This document shows, one piece after another, positions 57,086 to 64,000 of a stretch of 64,000 nt of DNA. How positions within the stretch are numbered: the stretch's first letter is position 1; every line of letters starts with the position of its first letter. The position numbers and the translations under genes are program-made. The notes beneath the pieces were generated by a model. That model saw only the letters and a program-made list of their open reading frames with translations, was not told the origin of the DNA and did not search any database. The DNA comes from a virus (Duplodnaviria > Caudoviricetes): positions 5,062 to 69,061 of IMG/VR virus record IMGVR_UViG_3300027419_000030, one strand, 5' to 3'.

Positions 57086-57616
57086 ATGCCAAGCTCGCAA
57101 TTTTCTCAAATCCCAGAAATAATGGGACTAGTAAACCAAATTTCGCCAAATAGCATCCTAGATGTAGGATGCGGTAACGGAAAATATGGTTTTCTTTGTA
57201 GGGAACTTTTAACTTACTGGCTAGGAAAAAAAGAAATAAAAATCGATGCAATTGAAGTATTTCCATCATATATAGGTCCAATGCAACAAGAAATTTATGA
57301 TGAAATTTATGGAGGAGAAGCAATATCATGGCTAAAAAAGATGTCAAATAAATCGTACGACTTAATCATAGCAATAGACATCCTAGAACACTTCGAAAAA
57401 GCAGATGGCTACGAATTCTTGTCTCAATTAAAACGTGTAGGAAAACATGTAATCATAAGCACCCCAAAAACCCCATCAAAACAGGGACCAGTTTTCGGAA
57501 ACTCATATGAAGAACACAAATCCAAATGGCTCCCATCGGAGATGGGAGCCAAGAGAGAAAACGTAACAAAAAACGAAGAAAATTATATAGTATTTCTTAT
57601 TTGCCAAATGGAGTAA
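57086..57616 (+). CDS. Class I SAM-dependent methyltransferase
   Basis: [12 protein letters not shown]; [12 protein letters not shown]. Confidence 0.88.
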   Translation: MPSSQFSQIPEIMGLVNQISPNSILDVGCGNGKYGFLCRELLTYWLGKKEIKIDAIEVFPSYIGPMQQEIYDEIYGGEAISWLKKMSNKSYDLIIAIDILEHFEKADGYEFLSQLKRVGKHVIISTPKTPSKQGPVFGNSYEEHKSKWLPSEMGAKRENVTKNEENYIVFLICQME

Positions 57617-57621
57617 TATTT

Positions 57622-58413
57622 ATGTGTAACGGAATAGCGATAATTGCAATAAAAACAGAAACTAGCATAAATGTATTCTGTGATCCTGAAAACGGTTCAC
57701 ACGATGCATTACTCAGTAAATATGTGTATGTAGAAAAGCATAACAACTACATAAAAATCGAATATATATATCCGGGAGAACTTAGGCTTGATTGCCCGGA
57801 CACAGAATGTAGAAACGCTGCACTAAAAACGGGACTTGTAGAACTCGCTGGTTTAAATGATACACTAAGAATAAAAACATGCGTATTATCAAAGATCGCA
57901 TCAAAAATGCCTACGATCACAAATTGGCCAAAAAAATTGATGCAAGGAGCAGACCTGTCCGGAGCAAACCTGTCCGGAGCAAACCTGTCCGGAGCAAACC
58001 TGTCCAGAGCAAACCTGTCCGGAGCAAACCTGTCCGGAGCAAACCTGTCCAGAGCAAACCTGTCCGGAGCAAACCTGTACGAAGCAAACCTGTCCGGAGC
58101 AAACCTGTACGAAGCAGACCTGTCCGGAGCAAACCTGTCCGGAGCAAACCTGTCCAGAGCAAACCTGTCCAGAGCAAACCTGTACGAAGCAGACCTGTCC
58201 AGAGCAAACCTGTACGGAACAAACCTGTCCGGAGCAAACCTGTACGAAGCAGACCTGTCCGGAGCAAACCTATCCAGAGCAGACCTGTACGGAGCAAACC
58301 TATCCAGAGCAGACCTGTACGGAGCAAACCTGTCCAGAGCAGACCTGTACGGAACAGTATTAAGCGATGAACAAAAAGAACTTGCAAAAAAACAAGGAGC
58401 GATTAACATTTAA
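57622..58413 (+). CDS. Pentapeptide-repeat protein
   Basis: 27 x A(N/D)L(S/Y)(G/R/E) repeats. Confidence 0.92.
   Translation: MCNGIAIIAIKTETSINVFCDPENGSHDALLSKYVYVEKHNNYIKIEYIYPGELRLDCPDTECRNAALKTGLVELAGLNDTLRIKTCVLSKIASKMPTITNWPKKLMQGADLSGANLSGANLSGANLSRANLSGANLSGANLSRANLSGANLYEANLSGANLYEADLSGANLSGANLSRANLSRANLYEADLSRANLYGTNLSGANLYEADLSGANLSRADLYGANLSRADLYGANLSRADLYGTVLSDEQKELAKKQGAINI
57946..58350. repeat. 15-bp coding tandem repeat x27 (consensus GGAGCAAACCTGTCC)
   Basis: Directly visible; 405 bp. Confidence 0.95.
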
Positions 58414-58520
58414 TGAAGGAAACAGGAAAAGAGCAAAAAAATTATCCAAATAAAGAAACAACAATAAAAAAACTTTAATTGCTCCCGCGCTTGCAAGCGC
58501 GGGAGCTAAGAGGAATTTTT

Positions 58521-58691
58521 ATGGGAATTACTTGTTTATGTAAACGATTCTTCACAGAACCATTGCCTGAAAAATGCAATAGATGTGGAAGAACATTAAT
58601 TAAAACAAATGCAAAACAAATTCCACCACAAATCAACAAAGCAAACTTTGGATTTTCAATAAGACTTACGAGACATATAAGGAGGCAGTGA
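58521..58691 (+). CDS. Small Zn-ribbon protein whose stop codon is supplied by the adjacent IS-like end
   Basis: CLC...CNRC; TGA lies within GTGAAC at 58688. Confidence 0.45.
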   Translation: MGITCLCKRFFTEPLPEKCNRCGRTLIKTNAKQIPPQINKANFGFSIRLTRHIRRQ

Positions 58692-58990
58692 ACTCCTCCC
58701 ACGCCCTGAAGGGCGGGGCTTCCCTGCTACTTCCTCGTTTTTGTGCCGTCATAGCCCTCTGGCATCGGGGCACGTTTTGCGGGAATTTTCGGTTTCCCCA
58801 TCATCGCAGAGATTTGGCTTATCCAGGGACCTTCTGCTCGGCTCTTTTCCGCGTAAGGAATCATTGAGCGCATAGGGACATATTAGGGGGTGTTCCCTCC
58901 CTAGAGTTGCGCGTATATCTCCACGCAACGCACCTTATCAGGGCGCAGATCTTCCAGGTAGCACTTTGAGCCTCCAAGGAATCATGTCAT
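58688..58990 (-). ncRNA. Putative structured omega-RNA-like non-coding RNA
   Basis: About 300 nt, no ORF found, TATA-like TTATATAT on the minus strand at 59013-59020, ends at the IS605-type right end. Confidence 0.4.
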
Positions 58991-59025
58991 AAGTTATATG
59001 TAGTAGTTCCCAATATATAATACTT

Positions 59026-59169
59026 ATGCTAACCACATTACAAGTTAGAACGGAAACCAGGGATCGCCTGAAATCAATAGGCCATAAGGGCGAAAGCTAT
59101 GACGCAATCATTAATCGGTTACTGGATAGCGAAACTAAGGGAAGGACTCCGCTTTCATCCCCACCCTAA
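59026..59169 (+). CDS. Small RHH/antitoxin-like protein (47 aa) inside the mini-element
   Basis: MLTTLQVRTETRDRLKSIGHKGESYDAIINRLLD; apparently leaderless, TATA-like TTATAT about 27 nt upstream. Confidence 0.7.
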   Translation: MLTTLQVRTETRDRLKSIGHKGESYDAIINRLLDSETKGRTPLSSPP

Positions 59170-59214
59170 AGGATGGGGACTTCCCGCTTCGTCCTTTCCA
59201 ATCCTAGGAGTTAA

Positions 59215-59397
59215 ATGCCAGGAACAGGAATAAGAAAAGAAACAATTTTAGAAGCAATATTAAAAAACGTGCACGATAGATTTAATGATATATTATACGA
59301 AAAAATAGAAACACAGGATCTTAAAGTAACATTAACAAAGAAAAATGAAGAACACATAAACTTAGACGAAATAGACAGAATAACAGTAGAATACTAA
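59215..59397 (+). CDS. Small hypothetical protein
   Basis: AGGAG RBS. Confidence 0.45.
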   Translation: MPGTGIRKETILEAILKNVHDRFNDILYEKIETQDLKVTLTKKNEEHINLDEIDRITVEY

Positions 59398-59436
59398 CCG
59401 CGCTCGCCTATTGGCGAGCGCAATTTAGGAGGAAAT

Positions 59437-59766
59437 ATGACTATTTCTAAAGAAGATTTGATGAAATTAACAGAAAACATGACAGAAGTGGATTCAGCAA
59501 TTTCAGAACATTGGTTACAAGAAGTAGAGAAACTTGGTTTTGATAGACACGACATTATTTATAGTTACGGATATAGTTACAAAGGAAACTCATTTGGAAA
59601 ACCATTAAATTTACCATTGGAATTTATAAAACTACTAGAGCAAACAACAATTACAATAAGAGACATAGATGGAAAAAAATTGGGAATAGGAAGAGAATAC
59701 ACACTAGCAGATTTCATCAAATCATTTCTAACAAACACAGATAAATGGGAGATAAGATTGAAATGA
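59437..59766 (+). CDS. Hypothetical protein
   Basis: Hairpin + GGAGG RBS. Confidence 0.5.
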   Translation: MTISKEDLMKLTENMTEVDSAISEHWLQEVEKLGFDRHDIIYSYGYSYKGNSFGKPLNLPLEFIKLLEQTTITIRDIDGKKLGIGREYTLADFIKSFLTNTDKWEIRLK

Positions 59767-60272
59767 TGAAATTAAAACTATTATCAGGAGACATTAACTG
59801 GAAAATATTTGGAGCGAAATGGATAACAAAGAAACTAAACAACGAAGATTTTGATTATTGGTTGATTGTATCATTCATGAATTTCGAAGAAGAAACTAGT
59901 GAAAAATGCAATGGAAATAAATATGTAGTAGAAATTCATGCAGTTGCACCATCACAAGTACCAGAAGAAGAGCTAAAAAGAGCAATTGAATCATGCGGAA
60001 GAGAAACACGAGAAAATGAATTAACAGAAGAAATAAAAGCAGAATTGCTGGAAGAATATGGAATAAGTGCAAACTTGAAAACATTATATGGAAACAACGC
60101 AAATAAATTAATGAAAGAAGCAAGAAAAGACCTCAATTTAGTCGAAGGACTATTTGGATTCTTCATGGACAAACCAGAAAATCAAATAGGCTCAACAGGA
60201 TGGGACATAATAAAAGGAGATTTGATGGCAGGACTTTATAAGCCTCGCGGCCCGCTGGCCGCGAGGCTTTAG
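59763..60272 (+). CDS. Hypothetical protein
   Basis: ATGA coupling; C-terminus encoded by a hairpin. Confidence 0.5.
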   Translation: MMKLKLLSGDINWKIFGAKWITKKLNNEDFDYWLIVSFMNFEEETSEKCNGNKYVVEIHAVAPSQVPEEELKRAIESCGRETRENELTEEIKAELLEEYGISANLKTLYGNNANKLMKEARKDLNLVEGLFGFFMDKPENQIGSTGWDIIKGDLMAGLYKPRGPLAARL

Positions 60273-60281
60273 GAGGAAAAC

Positions 60282-60713
60282 ATGACTAAATCTAAAGCAC
60301 AATTACAAAAAGAAATACAAGAAAAAGAAAAAGCAATAAAATCACTGAAAAAAATACTAAAACCTGGAGATACTATTTTCACAAAATTAAATTATTGCTC
60401 AAGCAATGGAATGACAAGAGCAATTTCACTTATAGTAATGCGAAATAACGAACCATTAGACATTTCATACGATGCAGCAATAGCAATGGGAGATAAATTA
60501 CATAAAACACACGACGGAATAACAATTGGAGGATGTGGAATGGACATGGGATTTGCATTAGTTTATAATTTATCAAGTACACTATACAGAAATGGATTCA
60601 ACTGCATAGGAGAAAAGAAATGCCCATCAAACGATCATGTAAATGGGGACAGAAATTACAATAAACACAAACACAATTCTAGTGGATATGCATTACGACA
60701 GAGATGGTTATAA
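60282..60713 (+). CDS. Hypothetical protein
   Basis: Hairpin + GGAGG RBS; GGCGMDMGF motif. Confidence 0.55.
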   Translation: MTKSKAQLQKEIQEKEKAIKSLKKILKPGDTIFTKLNYCSSNGMTRAISLIVMRNNEPLDISYDAAIAMGDKLHKTHDGITIGGCGMDMGFALVYNLSSTLYRNGFNCIGEKKCPSNDHVNGDRNYNKHKHNSSGYALRQRWL

Positions 60714-60769
60714 AAATCGTCGCTTAAAATGAAGGCCCGCGCAAAGCGCGGGCCTTCATCGGAGGTTTT

Positions 60770-61378
60770 ATGATTACACTTTACACAGGAGATAACTACG
60801 AAAGTAAAGCAATTAGAATAGTATTAGAAGAAAAACACATAGAATTTAAAGAAAAACAAATAGAAACAACTACAGAAAACGAACTAAAACGATTAGCAAC
60901 TGAAATACGTTCAATAAGACCAAAATTAACACAATATGGACCAGAAAATAGATGGGATTTTAACGAATTAATTTTATCTCCAATTCTAAAAACAGAATTC
61001 GGAACATTCCCTTGGTGGCACCTAAGAACAAACTTAGATCAAGTAATAACAAAAATAAAAGCAAACCAAAAACCAGAAAAAAAGAAACTAAAAATTAAAA
61101 GAATCAGAAAAAACCAAAACTCACAGAGCATTTGCCTAACGGCAAATGCTCTAGGAAGAATAAACGTAACGATACTGCGTGCATTGCACGGAGCAAACAT
61201 AGTAGATTTAGTAAATAGCTGGTCGCTAGAAGAGCGAACAACTTTCATGATAGCATGGAGACTTTGCCAACATCAAAAAAGGAACGAACTGCGAATATTC
61301 GCAGATATGCTAGAAAACAAAGCAAAAACATCAGACCCTTACGAAGAAAAGAATAACGAATGGATTGGATCAATTTAA
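60770..61378 (+). CDS. Hypothetical protein
   Basis: Hairpin + GGAGG RBS. Confidence 0.5.
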   Translation: MITLYTGDNYESKAIRIVLEEKHIEFKEKQIETTTENELKRLATEIRSIRPKLTQYGPENRWDFNELILSPILKTEFGTFPWWHLRTNLDQVITKIKANQKPEKKKLKIKRIRKNQNSQSICLTANALGRINVTILRALHGANIVDLVNSWSLEERTTFMIAWRLCQHQKRNELRIFADMLENKAKTSDPYEEKNNEWIGSI

Positions 61379-61420
61379 GCTAGTCGGCATACGGGCCGAC
61401 TAGCTATAAAAGAGATAACT

Positions 61421-62206
61421 ATGATAACAATGCGGAATTACAATCAATGGGTTTTATGGAGTGAAAAAGAGAGATCAGGAAAAAAGACTAAAATTCCACT
61501 AGGAAAAAATGGGAGAGCTACCAATGTAACAAATCCTATATGTTGGAAATCTTTTGACCAGGCATTAGAAGAAAAATTAGCACATCCAGAACTTTTTGAT
61601 GGAATCGGTTTCTGTTTCTCAGAAAATGATCCATATCTAGGAATAGACTTAGACGATGTAAAAAAATGGTATGGATGGGAGGAAATTATAAAAAAACTAG
61701 ATAGTTACACAGAAACAAGCCCTTCAGGAAATGGATATCACATTATAGTAGAAGGTTTCATACCAGGAGAGATAAACGCAAGAAAAATAGGTTCACATGA
61801 AACTGGCGGAATAGAAATGTACGATTCCGGGAGGTACTTTACAGTAACTTTAGATCCATTGGACGGAAGAGAAGAAATAAAAAAGAATCAAGAAGGAATA
61901 GCATGGCTTTTTAATTCAATCGACGACAAAGGACTAATCTCAAAACTTATGAATAAACCATACGCAAAGAAACTACAATTGTTATGGGAAAATCGTTTCA
62001 CACTGGCTGGCTACGCCAGCCAATCAGAAGCGGAACTTGCGTTCTGTAGAATTCTGGCAAACAACGGTGCACCAGCACATCAAATAGATAGAATCTATAG
62101 GAAAACTAAGCTATTTCGACAGAAATGGCTTGAGAAAAGAGGAAACACGACTTATGGAAAAGCAACACTGGAATTAGCAACAAATGGAGATAATAAAAAT
62201 GAATGA
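61421..62206 (+). CDS. AEP primase-polymerase (NrS-1-like) with C-terminal helical bundle
   Basis: QWVLW...KIP, GIGF...GIDLDD, YTETSPSGNGYH, IEMYDSGRYFTVT, SQSEAE. Confidence 0.85.
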   Translation: MITMRNYNQWVLWSEKERSGKKTKIPLGKNGRATNVTNPICWKSFDQALEEKLAHPELFDGIGFCFSENDPYLGIDLDDVKKWYGWEEIIKKLDSYTETSPSGNGYHIIVEGFIPGEINARKIGSHETGGIEMYDSGRYFTVTLDPLDGREEIKKNQEGIAWLFNSIDDKGLISKLMNKPYAKKLQLLWENRFTLAGYASQSEAELAFCRILANNGAPAHQIDRIYRKTKLFRQKWLEKRGNTTYGKATLELATNGDNKNE

Positions 62207-62459
62207 TTTAGAAATAACAAAACTAGTACTGAGTAGAATGGATAGAAATGCAAATAATTTGGAAGAAGCATTAGGAGTAACTGATGAACGAGAAAAAGAA
62301 TTGATAGAAAATGTAAAAAAAGTAAAAAATCTAGTATTCCAACCAGGAGATCAAGTAAAAAATGAAACAATATACATATTGGAACAATGTAAAACACCAG
62401 GAGAATTACTTTTAACAATGACACATCTAGGAGCAGCACTATTAGCAGCAACAATTTAA
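62199..62459 (+). CDS. Hypothetical protein
   Basis: GGAG RBS. Confidence 0.45.
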   Translation: MNDLEITKLVLSRMDRNANNLEEALGVTDEREKELIENVKKVKNLVFQPGDQVKNETIYILEQCKTPGELLLTMTHLGAALLAATI

Positions 62460-62510
62460 TCAGCCAGCGCAGCAGAGCGGGCTGATTTAAATAAGTTTAA
62501 ATAGTATGAC

Positions 62511-62837
62511 ATGCAATATAGGAAGAATATGAAAGCAATCTTAGTTGGCACGAATAAATGCCTGGACAGCATACGACAAGGAACAAAAGCAGTAGCATTG
62601 GCTTTTAGACCATCAGGAAAAGATCTAATGGAAATTATTCAAAAAGGGAAAAATATTAAAACAATATTTATTGAACCAAGCCAAATGAAGACTATGGGAA
62701 AAACTGCAATGAAATTTGCAGAAATGCAGGGAATTTCGATCATAGAATCACCAAAGAAATTCCAAGGAACTAGAATAGACATTAATGGACCAGAAATTGA
62801 AATCGAAGATGAACTATTAGTAAAAAAGCAGGAGTGA
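62511..62837 (+). CDS. DUF1699-like protein (family I know from Methanosarcinales)
   Basis: LAFRPSGKDL...IKTIFIEPS..KT......F.EMQGISIIE...G.R.DIN. Confidence 0.7.
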   Translation: MQYRKNMKAILVGTNKCLDSIRQGTKAVALAFRPSGKDLMEIIQKGKNIKTIFIEPSQMKTMGKTAMKFAEMQGISIIESPKKFQGTRIDINGPEIEIEDELLVKKQE

Positions 62838-62843
62838 AAATAA

Positions 62844-64000
62844 TTGACTAAGACATCGGATGTAACATTGCCAGAATTCATTGCAGCAGTAAAGAACACA
62901 AACAGCAAGATTTACGCAGAAGTTAAAAATGCAGACAAAGTAATAGAAGATATCTGGAAGGAAAATGGGAAATATTCAGTACAAACAAGCATTTCTTTCT
63001 CGATTAAACGCCTTAAGAAGGCAAAAGAAGATGAATCTGCAACTGAGGTAGTAGGAATCTTGTATGGAGCAAGAGAAATCGGAGAATCGGGAAAAGGACC
63101 AACAGTTTACGGACTTCTTCAAGGAAAGAAAGGAATTGAAGTACAGGCATGGCGTGGAGAAGTGGACACAGGTGATAAAAAGATTCGAGTTCCATCGATG
63201 TGCGCAGCAAGATTGCTAATTGCGCAAGAAGAAAATGATGGAAGAAAGACATGGTGGATCAAGAACGTAATTAAGCGAGATCCAAAGACGAATGATCAAA
63301 TTATTGAACAAATCAAAAATTGGGGAGCAGTTTTAACCCTGGACGGAGTAAGAAAGCTAATCAAAAACACAAACCCAATGCCAGTTGTAATTTGCTCTGT
63401 AGTAATTGCCGGAGCAAATGCAATGTCGGAATATAACAACAAAGACAATAAATACGATCTATGGAGCCAAACATGGCAAAAATCGGCAGAAGAAGGAAAA
63501 GAAACTAAACTGGTTGCAGAAGGACCACGAGTTTCTTTGAGAACGAAAGCAGACAACGGAACTATGGCCTGGATTCGTGTAAATCCACCAAGAAACGGAT
63601 CAGGTGTAACAAAAATAGAGGTAGAAGATTTTAATGAGATCTGCCAGGATGTAACAGCAAGATTCGATAACCAGGAAGATCAGGCAGCGTTTCTAGGATC
63701 AGCCCTAGATGAGAGAAAAATCATCGTAGTAGGCTCTATTTCGGGAATCAGGGGAGATGCAGACACCGGATACACAGTAAACATCAACGCACTGGCATTG
63801 CTTGACGGAAACTTGATCGAGCCAACAGAACTTGTAATCGGCCAGCAGCAACTTGCTAAACTTGCTCCTGCTACGCAGGAGCAAGTAGAGGAAGAAAAAC
63901 CAATCGAAGAAGCTCCTACAGGAGCAATAGATGAACCAGCACCAGCACCAGCACCAGCACCAGCACCAGCACCAGCACCAGCACCAGCACCAGCACCAGC
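62844..64000 (+). CDS. Probable multi-OB-fold ssDNA-binding protein with Pro-Ala tail (truncated by window end)
   Basis: TTG start after GGAGTGA; open to the window end; beta-rich domains then acidic/PA linker; absent from ORF track because it has no stop. Confidence 0.45.
   Translation, partial: MTKTSDVTLPEFIAAVKNTNSKIYAEVKNADKVIEDIWKENGKYSVQTSISFSIKRLKKAKEDESATEVVGILYGAREIGESGKGPTVYGLLQGKKGIEVQAWRGEVDTGDKKIRVPSMCAARLLIAQEENDGRKTWWIKNVIKRDPKTNDQIIEQIKNWGAVLTLDGVRKLIKNTNPMPVVICSVVIAGANAMSEYNNKDNKYDLWSQTWQKSAEEGKETKLVAEGPRVSLRTKADNGTMAWIRVNPPRNGSGVTKIEVEDFNEICQDVTARFDNQEDQAAFLGSALDERKIIVVGSISGIRGDADTGYTVNINALALLDGNLIEPTELVIGQQQLAKLAPATQEQVEEEKPIEEAPTGAIDEPAPAPAPAPAPAPAPAPAPAP
63936..64000. 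repeat. (CCAGCA)n hexamer tandem repeat encoding (Pro-Ala)n
   Basis: At least 10 perfect units, running off the window. Confidence 0.95.

Larger units (their letters stand above)
58688..59196 (-). mobile_element. Non-autonomous IS200/IS605-family mini-element (no tnpA/tnpB)
   Basis: Right-end-like GGAAGCCCCGCCCTTCAGGGCGTGGGAGGAGTTCAC (minus strand) and left-end-like TTTCATCCCCACCCTAAAGGATGGGGACTTCCC with characteristic imperfect subterminal hairpins; GC-richer than flanks. Confidence 0.75.

Noticed and set aside
57946-58350. CRISPR array
   Set aside because: Contiguous 15-bp coding repeats with no spacers (pentapeptide protein). The dispersed hairpins are also not CRISPR repeats because they differ in sequence and are separated by whole genes.
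57747-58409. Alternative-frame and antisense ORFs over the pentapeptide repeat (57747-58409, 57879-58370, 57917-58387)
   Set aside because: Artefacts of a stop-free tandem repeat.
1-64000. Borg-type element
   Set aside because: Lacks the pervasive intergenic and intragenic perfect tandem repeats of Borgs (only two coding repeats seen) and has a compact virus-like gene set; cannot be fully excluded from one window.
1-64000. tRNA/rRNA genes, integrase or att sites
   Set aside because: None recognised by eye; tRNAscan-SE and an HMM search would be needed to confirm absence.

Overview
The window looks like part of a large (>64 kb) dsDNA virus or virus-like extrachromosomal element of a methanogenic archaeon. 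A Methanosarcinales/Methanotrichales-like host is inferred from the archaeal PolB with a C-terminal PIP box, the archaeal-type ThyA, a DUF1699-like gene and GGAGG(TGA) ribosome-binding sites. Contents: (1) replication and nucleotide metabolism genes: ThyA, MazG-like, PolB, dCMP deaminase, prim-pol/helicase fusion, a second AEP primase, PD-(D/E)XK nuclease and a probable OB-fold SSB; (2) mostly minus-strand virion modules: beta-helix spikes, fibre proteins, two all-beta capsid-like proteins and membrane/coiled-coil proteins; (3) a four-gene operon of giant/PEGA proteins; (4) two glycosyltransferases, a methyltransferase and two free-standing homing endonucleases; (5) a dense array of small early-type genes. 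I saw no terminase, portal, HK97 capsid, integrase, tRNA or CRISPR array. The most striking unexplained feature is about 33 short GC-rich hairpins with CGC/GCG cores in an otherwise very A-rich sequence. They mark most gene boundaries in the small-gene region, often just upstream of the RBS. They also occur in frame inside polB and other genes, and one near-identical pair brackets a single gene like a cassette. Other highlights are a ~510-bp IS200/IS605-derived mini-element with an RHH gene and a probable non-coding RNA but no TnpA/TnpB, a Y-shaped structured element, and two structural genes that appear to start at ATC. All protein family calls come from motif recognition by eye; no database search was run.
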